Positions 27,764 to 37,552 are shown, counted from the stretch's first letter. The stretch is DNA of 64,000 nt from Opitutia bacterium (GCA_016217595.1 JACRHS010000016.1:1-64000); one strand, 5' to 3'. The notes: generated from the sequence alone by a model not told the origin. Translations and numbers: made by a program.

Positions 27764-30013
27764 ATGAAAAATACTCCCGCGTTTGCTCTGCAGTCGCTGC
27801 GCCAAGTTGCCCTTGCCGCCGGACTTTTGATTTCTGCCATCGCCTCTGCCGCACCCATCCAGACGTTGCTAGATGAGAATTTCAACAGCATGACCACCGG
27901 CAGTGCGCCGACCGGGTGGAATCTCGAAAATACCTCGGGCGGGACCATTACCGTCGAGAATTTCCCCAGTTCCTCCAACAAGAGCGTGAAACTCACTGAT
28001 ACATCGACCACCAATGCGGTGACCGTGAGCAAGTGGGTGACCGCCCCTAGCGGCGTAGTGACTGTGGAGTTCGATATTTACCCGGCGCAGACCGGAGATT
28101 TCCTGGCGGCGGGATATCTGTTGGACGCTGCCGGACTGCGTTCGGTGCGCGTGTACTTCAATTATACAACCGCAGAGATCCAAGTCTACAATGGCTCCAC
28201 CGTGGAGGTAGTGCAGACCTACGCGGCTAATACGTGGTACCACATGAAATACGTGGTCAACACCTTCACCTCCAAATTCGATGTCTATGTCAATGGCGTG
28301 CTGAAGAAGCAGGGCATGGGCTTCAGTGAGGCGGCGGTGGCGGTTTCTAAAATCCAGTTTTTCTCGGGCGCGCCAGCGGGTTCCGTGTACTTCGACAACG
28401 TCACCGTCAGGACCGGCGGGATGCTGAAGCTCTCCACCAACCGCGCATTTGAAGACTACAACAGCCAGACGACTGGCGTGGCGCCCTCCGGCTGGACGCT
28501 GACCGATGTGACCGGCGGTACGGCGACGATTGCTGAAACGCCCTCGGCGGCGGACAAGAGCATTTTGTTCAACGACACCTCCGCCACTGGCGCGGTCATC
28601 CTCAGCCGCACGATCACCGCGACGAGCGGCAAACTGACGGTCGAGTTTGATGTGAAACCAAATCAGACCACCGGCTACCTCTCGGTGGGAAATCCGATGG
28701 ACAGCGGCAGCAATCTCGCGACGCGCGTGGTGTTCAACAATGCCACCGCACAGATCCTCGCCTACAATGGCGCGGCGACGACGGTGGTGGTGGCGCCGTA
28801 CACGGCGAACACCTGGTATCGCCTGAAGTACGTGCTCAACACCAGCACCAGCAAGTACGACGTCTATCTCGACGGGCACATCAAGTGCCGCGGGCTCTCT
28901 TTCTACGGCACGGTCAGCACGGTGTCGCAGGTGCGGTTTTACGTCTCCTCGGCGACCACGGGCAGCATGAATGTGGACAACTTCAACGTCTCGGCCGAGG
29001 GCACGCTTCAATCGGAGACCTACGGCGCCAGCGGCGAACCCACCGCGGATCGCATCGGGGGCGGCGAAGGCTACAACCGCCTCGTCAATAGTTGGAATTA
29101 TTACGTGACGACGGCGAGCGAGCTGGTCACTGCGCTCGCCTCCGCTACTTCCGGCCAGGTCGTATATGTCGCCGATAGCGCGGATATCAGTCTCGTCGGT
29201 CAGACTCTGCCCATCAACATCGCGGGCGGTGTGACGCTGGCCAGCGGGCGCGGCAAGATCATCAACGGCGCGCTCTCCTATGGCGGTCGCATTCACGGCA
29301 ACATTGCCGGCAAGGGTTTCTTCAAGATCCTCGGCAACAATGCCCGGGTCACCGGCCTCATCATTGACGGCGAAGATTACGCGATTGGCACTAGTTCCTA
29401 CACACCGGCGGAAACTCACGGCATCTTCGCGCGGTATCTCAGCACCTGTGAGGTCGACAACAATTCGCTCAAGGGCTTCAGCTGGGCCGCGGTGGTGATG
29501 GACGACGGATATGTGCACCACAACAGCATCACCTACAACCGGCGCACAGGCATCGGTTATGGCACCGTGCAGGTATCGTCGAACACATCCAGTGGTCTTT
29601 TGTTGGAAGGCAATTCCTACGCCTACAACCGTCACAACATCGCCTCGACGGGCAATGCCTCCAACATCTACACCGCGCAGTACAACTACAGCGTGAATTA
29701 CACCAGCGGGCACGCCTTCGATATGCACGGCGCTTCGAGCTGCAGCTGTGCCGGCACCCGCGAGGTGATTCATCACAACACCTTCGCCGACGCCAGCGGC
29801 TCGTATCAGGCCATCGTCATCCGCGAGATTCCGACCGATGGCGCGTACATCGACAACAACTGGTTCTACAACACGGACTGGGCGCTCGACATCCTCCAGC
29901 GCGACACCGTGGCGCCCGAGGCCTATGGGCACATGTACGTCGGCTCGAACAAATATGGCACGAGCTCGCCGACCTATCAGACCGGCAAGTACAGCACGCA
30001 GTATGTGCCGTAA
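27764..30013 (+). CDS. secreted protein: two tandem LamG/ConA-like domains plus right-handed beta-helix (pectate-lyase/glycanase-like)
   Basis: Signal peptide ...AIASA|AP. Two ~210-aa internal repeats (TGxAPxGWxL...VYFDNVTV / ...MNVDNFNV). C-terminal half has beta-helix-type repeats (NNSLKGFSWAAVVMDDG, YNRHNIASTGNASNIY, HHNTFADASG). Track ORF begins 27728. Confidence 0.7.
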   Translation: MKNTPAFALQSLRQVALAAGLLISAIASAAPIQTLLDENFNSMTTGSAPTGWNLENTSGGTITVENFPSSSNKSVKLTDTSTTNAVTVSKWVTAPSGVVTVEFDIYPAQTGDFLAAGYLLDAAGLRSVRVYFNYTTAEIQVYNGSTVEVVQTYAANTWYHMKYVVNTFTSKFDVYVNGVLKKQGMGFSEAAVAVSKIQFFSGAPAGSVYFDNVTVRTGGMLKLSTNRAFEDYNSQTTGVAPSGWTLTDVTGGTATIAETPSAADKSILFNDTSATGAVILSRTITATSGKLTVEFDVKPNQTTGYLSVGNPMDSGSNLATRVVFNNATAQILAYNGAATTVVVAPYTANTWYRLKYVLNTSTSKYDVYLDGHIKCRGLSFYGTVSTVSQVRFYVSSATTGSMNVDNFNVSAEGTLQSETYGASGEPTADRIGGGEGYNRLVNSWNYYVTTASELVTALASATSGQVVYVADSADISLVGQTLPINIAGGVTLASGRGKIINGALSYGGRIHGNIAGKGFFKILGNNARVTGLIIDGEDYAIGTSSYTPAETHGIFARYLSTCEVDNNSLKGFSWAAVVMDDGYVHHNSITYNRRTGIGYGTVQVSSNTSSGLLLEGNSYAYNRHNIASTGNASNIYTAQYNYSVNYTSGHAFDMHGASSCSCAGTREVIHHNTFADASGSYQAIVIREIPTDGAYIDNNWFYNTDWALDILQRDTVAPEAYGHMYVGSNKYGTSSPTYQTGKYSTQYVP

Positions 30014-30056
30014 GTTTCCCTGCAACCGCTTTACGCCAGCACGGCTGGTTAAAATT

Positions 30057-30773
30057 ATGATGCGCTTCACGACGGTGAGTTCATTTCGGCGGGGGATCGT
30101 CTGGAAATGCGGACGGTTCCTCTGGCAAAGTCTGATCGTGGTCCTGATCGGTTTGCCCGGCGTCGGCCGGGCGTTGCACTGGACCGCCACCGAGGTCGAG
30201 CTTGCGATCAAGGACGAAGGCAAGACCGAGGCGGTCGTGCCATTCTCCTTCAAGAACACGCGCGACAAGCCCGTGACGATCACGGGCTTTGTTTCCACCT
30301 GCGAATGCACCAAGCCGAAGCTGGCCAAGACGACCTTCGCGCCCGGCGAAGGCGCGCAATTCGACATCACCGTGCGCTACGGCAACCGCTCCGGCCTTTA
30401 TACCCAGTACGTCACCGTGGCGACTGACGAGGCGGACGCCCCGCCACAGAAACTGACGATCCGGCTGACGATCCCAGGCGGGGGATTGGAAATCCGACCG
30501 CAGTTTGTCTTTTGGCTGCGCGGAGAGCCCGCGGAGCCGAAGGTCATCACTATACGGGGCAATGGCCGGTTCGTGCCCAACCTGACGTTTTCCATGGCGG
30601 ACGACGATTTCACCGGCGTGTTGCGGCAGCCCGATCCGAAGGACAACCGGCTGTTCGAGATCATCATCAGGCCGCGCAGGACGGATAAGCTCGCCTCGGT
30701 GGTGGCCCGGCTGGATGACGGGCCGGTCGAGCTTCCATATGCCCGGTATACCATCAACGCCCTAGTGAAGTGA
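30057..30773 (+). CDS. DUF1573-family protein (two Ig-like DUF1573 repeats, N-terminal TM or signal)
   Basis: FSFKNTRDKPVTITGFVSTCECTKPKLAKTTFAPGEGAQFDITV matches DUF1573 F-x-F-NTGD-P-x-I...CGCT...PGE-G...V. A second degenerate copy follows. ATG at 30057. Confidence 0.6.
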   Translation: MMRFTTVSSFRRGIVWKCGRFLWQSLIVVLIGLPGVGRALHWTATEVELAIKDEGKTEAVVPFSFKNTRDKPVTITGFVSTCECTKPKLAKTTFAPGEGAQFDITVRYGNRSGLYTQYVTVATDEADAPPQKLTIRLTIPGGGLEIRPQFVFWLRGEPAEPKVITIRGNGRFVPNLTFSMADDDFTGVLRQPDPKDNRLFEIIIRPRRTDKLASVVARLDDGPVELPYARYTINALVK

Positions 30774-30847
30774 TTCCGCGCGGCAACGGATTTTGCCGCC
30801 ACCCTTTCCCCCTGAGCCCGACCTCAAAACATCAACATCAGCTATCC

Positions 30848-31918
30848 ATGACAGATCAAAGTACACCTATCTCCACGAGGGCTCTTATCCGGCGCTCCGG
30901 GTTTGCCTCGCTCTTCGCGCTCGCTGGCATCGCCGCGTTCGCTCTGTTCTCTTCTTCCGCCGATGCCGCGACACCGCTACCCGGCGGACGTCCGCGCTAC
31001 GTGACAGCCATGTTTGGCGGCGACACCACAACCTCCCGCTGGTCGATCATGCGCACGCTCTCCTTCACGGCGGGCAGCGGCAGCACGGGCACGGTCACTG
31101 CGAAATCCTGGGCCTGGTATCAGGCGACGTTCACGGGCGACGCCACGGTCAACAAAGTCGCCACGGGCTACACCACGTCGGGCTGCACGCCTTCCACAGG
31201 CGTGGTCAAGACGCCGCTGGGTTATCAGCCCGGCCAAACTGGCACCACGTTGAACGGCACCTACACCTTCAATGGCAGCGGCCAGTTGGTCATCACTTGG
31301 TCTAGCGGCAAGACAGACACCTGGCGCTTCGACAACACCAGCGGCCTTTCTTACGGCAGCGCCATCCAGATGATCACCTGCGTCGGCTCCAATTACAGCG
31401 TGCGTTATGCCTGGGGCTTCGGCTCGCAGGCGTCGCTCTCCAGCGGAGCGACCATCGCGCAGATCAAGGCCGGCGGCGATCTCACGTTTAAGAACGAGGT
31501 GTTCAGCCGGTATAACGATCCGGATGCGTTCAACAGCACCGGGCTGGTCGGGCTCGCCAGCCTCTATTCGCAGTGCAATTCCAACATGATGAAAATCACC
31601 GATGGCGATGCCAGCGGGATCAATTGCAACGGCTGCTGGCGCTCCTACATCGCCGGCAACCCGACGACCGATGGCCGCAAGGTCTACTGGAATCAGCAGC
31701 AGTGCGTGGTGGCGTGTGTCGATGCCGGCATCAATCCGTGCAACGAGGCCACCTGCAACTTCACCACCATCGGTTCGCTGGGCGGCCACACCTACGCGTT
31801 TATGCAGGTGCTCGACGACAACGGCGTGTTCCGCGGTTTTGTCGGCGCCGAGGCGAGTCTGCACACTCGCGCCTATGGTTGTGCCATCGTCGGCGCCTCG
31901 TATTGGATGCAGCCGTGA
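30848..31918 (+). CDS. exported Cys-rich hypothetical protein (Tat-like signal)
   Basis: RRSGFASLFALAGIAAFALF...ADA|A signal with twin-Arg. Gly/Thr/Ser-rich beta-rich body. 10 Cys clustered at the C-terminus. No family recognised. Confidence 0.55.
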   Translation: MTDQSTPISTRALIRRSGFASLFALAGIAAFALFSSSADAATPLPGGRPRYVTAMFGGDTTTSRWSIMRTLSFTAGSGSTGTVTAKSWAWYQATFTGDATVNKVATGYTTSGCTPSTGVVKTPLGYQPGQTGTTLNGTYTFNGSGQLVITWSSGKTDTWRFDNTSGLSYGSAIQMITCVGSNYSVRYAWGFGSQASLSSGATIAQIKAGGDLTFKNEVFSRYNDPDAFNSTGLVGLASLYSQCNSNMMKITDGDASGINCNGCWRSYIAGNPTTDGRKVYWNQQQCVVACVDAGINPCNEATCNFTTIGSLGGHTYAFMQVLDDNGVFRGFVGAEASLHTRAYGCAIVGASYWMQP

Positions 31919-31967
31919 TGCGGTAATAACTTAACGGACGCCGGAAGCTGAGGCGTTCATAGAACCG

Positions 31968-31999
31968 GGACTGGCGGACCGACTCCGCCAGTCCTTTTT
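31968..31999 (+). terminator. strong rho-independent terminator
   Basis: 10-bp perfect stem GGACTGGCGG/CCGCCAGTCC with 7-nt loop, followed by TTTTT. Lies 50 nt after the stop of the Cys-rich protein gene. Confidence 0.7.
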
Positions 32000-32034
32000 C
32001 CATTAGCCGGCCGACTTCCCCTGAACCACCTTCG

Positions 32035-33456
32035 ATGAAATTGCAGTTGTCCTGGCTTGTCGCGTTGCCGGTCGGATTTGTCGCCGGCTTTTACGTCGCG
32101 CGCCAATGGCCGGCGGATGCAGATCGTGTTCCGAGCCGAGCCCCTCAGGCAGCGGCGGTAGCGAAGACGTTGGCTGCGCCGCCGCAACCGGCCGACATTT
32201 CCGAGGAGAAACGCGCGTTGAATTTAGCCGCTGTGATCGAAAGCACCGCCCTGGATGAGCGGCAGGCGCAGCTGGTGCGCATCGCGGCCACGCTGACGAC
32301 GGCGGATATCGGCCGGGCCTTGGAGCAGCTGCCCGCAGTGCCGCGCGGCTCGTTGCGGGATGCCTTTGTGCGCGATTTGCTCGCGCGCTGGACGAAGTCG
32401 GATGCGGCTGGCGCGATCGCGTGGGTGCGCCGGCAAGCGGCCGGGCCGCTGCGCAACCAAGGGTGGAGCGCCGTGATCGGGGCTTTGGCCCCCGGCGATC
32501 CGGCGCAGGCGATGGCGCTGGCGAAGAGCGAATTGAGCGGCGACATCGCGCAAGCGTTGCGCGGAGAAGTTTACGGCCATTGGGCGAAAACCGATCCCGC
32601 GGCGGCAGCGCGGGAGATCTTCAGTCAGACGGGAGGAATTCCGCGTGAAGAACACTTGCTGAGCATCGTGGGCGGCTGGGCGGCGAAAGATCCGGCGGCG
32701 GCCGCCGCATGGGTGGATGCCTGGCCCGTCGGTTTGCCCAAGCGATCGGCCACGCAACGCGTCCTGTTGGAGCTGAGCGCGAGCGATCCAGCCGCGGTGG
32801 CCGGCTATATTGGCAATATGTCGGACAAGGAGTTTGCCGGCCAGGTCGCTGGCGACTTGGCCGGTTCGTGGGCGATCAAGGATCTCGACGCCGTGGTGGG
32901 CTGGGTGAAGGGCTTGCCGGCGGGCAGCGCCAAGACAGCGGCATTGGCCCGGATTTTCCCCTCCTGGCTCGAAAGCGATCCGTCCGGCACGGCTGACTAT
33001 CTGCTCGCGCAGCCGGGCGGAGGCGACAAGGCGCAGTGGCAGGCCTTGGCGCAGCACTGGGCGGCGGCCGATCCGGCGGGCGCGGTTCAGTGGGCGAGCC
33101 AACAGACCGGCGATACTCGCGATCAGGTATTGTCGCAGGCGGCGGTCTCCTGGGCGCGCAGCAATCCCGGGGAAGCGCTGCGCGTGCTGGCTGGGCTGCC
33201 AAGCGGTACGAACAAAGACGAGACTGCGGTCAATGTCGTGGCAAGTTGGGCGGGCGCGCAGCCGCAGGCTGCGGCCGAGTGGGTGCGCGGGTTGCCGGAT
33301 GCGGCGTTGCAGACACGGGTGGCGGTCAGCTTGGTGGAAACCTGGGCCGCATTCGCGCCGGCGCAGGCGCGTAAATGGATCGAAGGCCTGCCGGCAGGCG
33401 CATTGCGGGAGACCGCGAGCGAGGTTTATCGCCGCAGCGCGCCGGCCAGGTTTTGA
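32035..33456 (+). CDS. membrane-anchored repeat protein (reiterated ~35-aa W-A-x-x-D-P / W-V-x-x-L-P alpha-solenoid-like repeats)
   Basis: N-terminal TM WLVALPVGFVAGFYV, then >10 copies of xxWAxxDPAAAxxWVxxLPxG. No family assigned. Confidence 0.55.
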   Translation: MKLQLSWLVALPVGFVAGFYVARQWPADADRVPSRAPQAAAVAKTLAAPPQPADISEEKRALNLAAVIESTALDERQAQLVRIAATLTTADIGRALEQLPAVPRGSLRDAFVRDLLARWTKSDAAGAIAWVRRQAAGPLRNQGWSAVIGALAPGDPAQAMALAKSELSGDIAQALRGEVYGHWAKTDPAAAAREIFSQTGGIPREEHLLSIVGGWAAKDPAAAAAWVDAWPVGLPKRSATQRVLLELSASDPAAVAGYIGNMSDKEFAGQVAGDLAGSWAIKDLDAVVGWVKGLPAGSAKTAALARIFPSWLESDPSGTADYLLAQPGGGDKAQWQALAQHWAAADPAGAVQWASQQTGDTRDQVLSQAAVSWARSNPGEALRVLAGLPSGTNKDETAVNVVASWAGAQPQAAAEWVRGLPDAALQTRVAVSLVETWAAFAPAQARKWIEGLPAGALRETASEVYRRSAPARF

Positions 33457-33463
33457 CGCGCGG

Positions 33464-34315
33464 TCAGACTGTGACCGCGAACAGCTCCGGGTGCATCACG
33501 CCTTCGGCCACTTTGTTGACGGTGCCGGTCATCGTGATGGTAAACCCGGCGCCGATCTCGATGCCGATCTGGCCGCCGGGCATGTGCACGGTGACGGAAC
33601 GGTCGACGAGGCCGAGCTTGTGCGCCACCGCCGCGGAGGCGCTGGAGCTGCTGCCGGAGGCGAGGGTGTAGCCGGCGCCGCGCTCCCAAATCTCGATTTG
33701 AATGTTGGCGCGGTCGCGGACTTTCAGGAATTGAACGTTGGTTTTCCGCGGGAAATTCGGATGCGTCTCGATGTCCGGCCCGTACTGGCGGGCGAGCTCG
33801 GGCGAAATCTCCGGCAGCGGGATGACGCAGTGGGGATTGCCGATGGTGGCGGCGCAGAACGTGAAAGTGCGATCTTGCACTGTGAGTTTTTCGTTGAGCA
33901 CTTCGCGCGGCGCGCCGGCGACCGGAATCTTCGCGCTGTCGAAACTCACCGAGCCCATCGCCACCGTGATCAGGCGGCCGTTCTCCTTGATTTCCGACTC
34001 CACCACGCCGCCGGGCGTTTCCACCGTGAAGCGGGGGTTCTTCACGAGCCCTTGATCCCACAGGAAACGCGAAAAAATCCGCAGGCCGTTGCCGGATTTC
34101 TCGGCTTCGGAACCGTCGGGATTGAAAATGCGCAGACCGAAGTCGGCCTTGGTGGTCGGCAACGGCCCCCAGAGGATGCCATCGGAGCCGACGCCGAAAT
34201 TCCGGTGGCACACCACCCGGATTTGTTCGAGCGAGGGCACTTTCCACAAGGGAAAGTCGGCCGGGTTCAGCACAATGTAGTCGTTGCCGAGAGCGTGGTA
34301 TTTGTGGAAGCGCAT
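33464..34315 (-). CDS. dapF: diaminopimelate epimerase
   Basis: MRFHKYHALGNDYIVLNP... and the second active-site region GNPHCVIPL. 284 aa. ATG at 34315. The track ORF's longer N-terminus is His/Arg-rich junk. Confidence 0.85.
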   Translation of the reverse strand: MRFHKYHALGNDYIVLNPADFPLWKVPSLEQIRVVCHRNFGVGSDGILWGPLPTTKADFGLRIFNPDGSEAEKSGNGLRIFSRFLWDQGLVKNPRFTVETPGGVVESEIKENGRLITVAMGSVSFDSAKIPVAGAPREVLNEKLTVQDRTFTFCAATIGNPHCVIPLPEISPELARQYGPDIETHPNFPRKTNVQFLKVRDRANIQIEIWERGAGYTLASGSSSSASAAVAHKLGLVDRSVTVHMPGGQIGIEIGAGFTITMTGTVNKVAEGVMHPELFAVTV

Positions 34316-34383
34316 GCGGGCATGGAATTGCCCACGAAACCGGGCAAAAGGCACGAAAAAATTACCGACCCGACAATGCCGGT

Positions 34384-35955
34384 TTAGGCGTTCGCTCCCT
34401 GGAAGGAGACCACAATCTTGGTGCCATAATTCACCTTGGAGGTCACCTTGATCTGCCCGCGATGCAGTTCGACCAGACTTTTCGTGATGGCCATGCCCAA
34501 GCCGGTGCTCGGTTCGCCTGCGGTGCCCCGACGCGATGAGCGGGAGAAACGGTCGAAGAGCAAAGGCAATTTGTCTTCGGGTATGCCGATGCCGGTGTCG
34601 ATCACGGTGAGGGTGGCGTCGGCGGCCGTCACAGTGACACATCCGCCCGTCTCGGTGAACTTGATGGCGTTGGACACCAAGTTGCCCACGATGCGCAGCA
34701 CGCTGTCGCGGTCGCCACGGATAAGGACTGGCGTGCTGGTCGCCTCAGGCGATGAAGCCAGTGTGATGTTCTTGGCTTTGGCCAGCGGATACAGGGACTT
34801 CAACGCCGTCTGGATCGTCTCGGTGAGATCCATCGGTTGCAACTTGAGCTGGGTCTGCTCGGCCTCGATGCGTGCCAGATCGAGCAGGTCGTTGATCATG
34901 GAGAGGAGCCAGTTGCCGGAGTCGCGGATCATCTCGGCGTAGTCGCGGTGTTTCGCCTGTAGATCTTCCTCAAGCAGCATGATCTCCGCGCAACCGATGA
35001 TGCCATTCAACGGCGAGCGCAGGTCATGGGACGCGATGGCGAGCAGGCTGTTCTTGAGCTGGTTCAGGCGTTCGAGCTCTTCAATACGTTTGGCGCGCTC
35101 GCGGACCATGTTGCGAATCTCCACATGTACGGCGATTCGCGCGGTGAGTTCCTCCTTGGCGAAAGGTTTGACGATGTAGTCCGTGGCGCCGGCGGCGAAC
35201 ATGTCGAGGATGTACGATTTGTCCGCGAGCCCGCTGAGGAAGATGACCGGAAGCCACGGTTTTCCGAGCGAAGCGCGCACGCGACGGCAGAGCTCCTTAC
35301 CGTCCATCACCGGCATGTCATAATCGGTGATCAGGATGTCGATTTCCTGCTCCGTACTTTGCAGAAGTTGGAGGGCTTGTTCGCCGTTTTCCGCTTCGAG
35401 CACCTTGAGGCCGTTTTCCTTCAGCCAGTATGAAACCACCTTGCGAGAAACCGGACTATCATCGGCGACCAACGCGGTCAGGCCGATCAGCCGTTGCTCG
35501 GCTTTGAGCAGGCGCTCGATACGGGAAAGGAGCTCGGCTTCCTGAAAGGGCTTGGAAATGAAATCGGTGGCGCCGACCTCGAAACCGCGTTGCCGGTCGG
35601 CGACGGTGTCGTGACTCGTGACGAGGATTACCGGGGTATGCAGACGGGCGTGGCCATGCTCCAGTTTGCGCAGCTCGGCACATACCTCGAAGCCGTTGAT
35701 GCCGGGCATGTCGATGTCGAGCGTGAGCAAATCAAACGTCGTGTGCCGCAAGAACCCCAGCGCTTCCTCGCCATCCTTGGCTTCAACGACTTCATAATGC
35801 GCGCTCTCCAGGCTGCGGCGGAGGATCATCCGCATGGTCATGCTGTCATCGACGACAAGAATACGCAGGTGCCGGCTTTTGGACTCCGATTTGGATGCGG
35901 CAGGAGTATCGGCATTTGCGGAAGGCCGATGGAGCAGAGAGGTTACTTGAGGCAT
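34384..35955 (-). CDS. hybrid histidine kinase with two N-terminal REC domains (REC-REC-HisKA-HATPase_c), no TM
   Basis: Two receiver domains (ILVVDDS...DIDMPGINGF; ALVADDS...DYDMPVMDG). H-box SHDLRSPLNGI. N/G1/G2 boxes NLVSNAIKFT, IDTGIGI, GLGMAI. Confidence 0.85.
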   Translation of the reverse strand: MPQVTSLLHRPSANADTPAASKSESKSRHLRILVVDDSMTMRMILRRSLESAHYEVVEAKDGEEALGFLRHTTFDLLTLDIDMPGINGFEVCAELRKLEHGHARLHTPVILVTSHDTVADRQRGFEVGATDFISKPFQEAELLSRIERLLKAEQRLIGLTALVADDSPVSRKVVSYWLKENGLKVLEAENGEQALQLLQSTEQEIDILITDYDMPVMDGKELCRRVRASLGKPWLPVIFLSGLADKSYILDMFAAGATDYIVKPFAKEELTARIAVHVEIRNMVRERAKRIEELERLNQLKNSLLAIASHDLRSPLNGIIGCAEIMLLEEDLQAKHRDYAEMIRDSGNWLLSMINDLLDLARIEAEQTQLKLQPMDLTETIQTALKSLYPLAKAKNITLASSPEATSTPVLIRGDRDSVLRIVGNLVSNAIKFTETGGCVTVTAADATLTVIDTGIGIPEDKLPLLFDRFSRSSRRGTAGEPSTGLGMAITKSLVELHRGQIKVTSKVNYGTKIVVSFQGANA

Positions 35956-36070
35956 GTGGTCTAGCTAGAGAAATGGATGTGATGCAGCCATCGGCTCTCT
36001 TGCCGTGTTCTTAAGCCATTTTAACTCAAACGCGGCGTACGGGTGGCACGCAGCGCATCCCGTCGGTCCC

Positions 36071-37552
36071 TTATTTAACGCGTTGGTAACCCAGTAGACC
36101 GCGAGTTTGAATCATCTGCGCTACCTCGGGAGGCACCATCTTTACCCAGCTGGGATCGCCGGCGTGGATCAGCGCAAAGACGTCGCGCGAGAATATTGCC
36201 AGGAAGTCCGTCTGATAGCCCTCCAGCCGCTCGATGCAGCGGTTCTCCAGCAAATGCGCGTAAAGGTTGCGCAGGTGGGGCGCCACTTCGAGGTTGTTGG
36301 CGGTGATCAGCTCAGCGGCGTCAGGCCCGGCGGGGGGCGCGATGGCGGTGTCGGGGGCGGCGGTTTCGCCCGCCAGATAGCGCGCGTAAGTGTCGTGTCG
36401 CATTGGGTAGACGTAGAGCTTCACGGCGTAACGGAACATGCGCCCGAACGCTTCTAGGATGCCGCCGGGCAGGTTGTCGTAGTATTTCTCGTCGAACACC
36501 TGCAGCAGATTGCTCACCCCCATGGCGACGCCGATCATCTCCTTCGTGTACCGGCGAAAGTAGGTCGTGAGGCGGAAAAACTCGGAGTAATTTGAGATCA
36601 GCACGGTGAATCCGGCCGCGCCGAGCAGATCCACGCGGGCGAGAAAATCCGCGCCGTCGAGTCCGCCGGTTCCGAGCAGATTGTTCATGGTGATTTCCAT
36701 CAGCACGATCACCTCTTTGCCGCGGACCATCGGTTCCTGCATGAACTGCGCCGTGGCGCATTGCACCATGTCGGCATTGACGCGCGTCACGGGACGGAAA
36801 CTGCCGCGTTCGACCAGAATCGCCTTCTTGTGGAGCACCTCCGAAGGTTGCAGCACATCGCCGTCCGGGCTGAACATCACGGCGTTGGTCAAACCGAGCT
36901 GCACGAGGTGAAGCGACATCAGCCGGTTGTCGATGTGCGCGAAAGCCGGTCCGCTGAACTTGAGCATGTCGACCTCGATGCGGTCGGCGCCGACATTGTC
37001 GACGAGCGAGGCGATGAACTCGCGCGGATCGTTGCGCAGGTAAAACGCACCGTAGGCGATGTTCACGCCCACGATGCCTAGCGCCTGTTGCTGGAGGACG
37101 TTTTCCTTATCCCACATGCGCACATGCAGGATGATGTCGCTCGGCGGCGAGTTGGGCTCGGGTTGAAACCGGATGCCCATCCAGCCGTGACACTCGTTGT
37201 TGCCGGCGTAGCTCTTGGCCGCGACGGTATCGGCGAAGACGAAAAACGCGGTGCGCTCGCCGCGTTTTTCCTCCAGGCGTTCGCGCAACAGGGCGTACTC
37301 GTGGTCGAGCATCGTGGCGAGCCGCTCGCGCGAAACATAGCGCGGTGCCTTCCCGTAAATGGCGTCGCTGAACGTCATGTCGTACGCCGAAATCGATTTG
37401 GCGATGGTCCCGGCGGCGCCGCCGGATTGAAAGAACAACCGCGCCACTTCCTGTCCGGCGCCGATCTCGGCAAACGTGCCGTAGCGCGCCTCGTCGAGAT
37501 TGATGGTGAGCGCCTTGCGGTTGGTGGTCAGGAGTTGCTTTTGTTCGCTCAT
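36071..37552 (-). CDS. conserved hypothetical protein (~493 aa, cytoplasmic, family not recognised)
   Basis: ATG at 37552 (MSEQKQLLTTNRKALTINLDEARYGTFAEIGAGQEVARLFF...), alternative at 37576. No TM or signal. A Gly-rich LLGTGGLDGADF segment. The track ORF extends to 38098, but that part is antisense to sppA. Confidence 0.5.
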   Translation of the reverse strand: MSEQKQLLTTNRKALTINLDEARYGTFAEIGAGQEVARLFFQSGGAAGTIAKSISAYDMTFSDAIYGKAPRYVSRERLATMLDHEYALLRERLEEKRGERTAFFVFADTVAAKSYAGNNECHGWMGIRFQPEPNSPPSDIILHVRMWDKENVLQQQALGIVGVNIAYGAFYLRNDPREFIASLVDNVGADRIEVDMLKFSGPAFAHIDNRLMSLHLVQLGLTNAVMFSPDGDVLQPSEVLHKKAILVERGSFRPVTRVNADMVQCATAQFMQEPMVRGKEVIVLMEITMNNLLGTGGLDGADFLARVDLLGAAGFTVLISNYSEFFRLTTYFRRYTKEMIGVAMGVSNLLQVFDEKYYDNLPGGILEAFGRMFRYAVKLYVYPMRHDTYARYLAGETAAPDTAIAPPAGPDAAELITANNLEVAPHLRNLYAHLLENRCIERLEGYQTDFLAIFSRDVFALIHAGDPSWVKMVPPEVAQMIQTRGLLGYQRVK

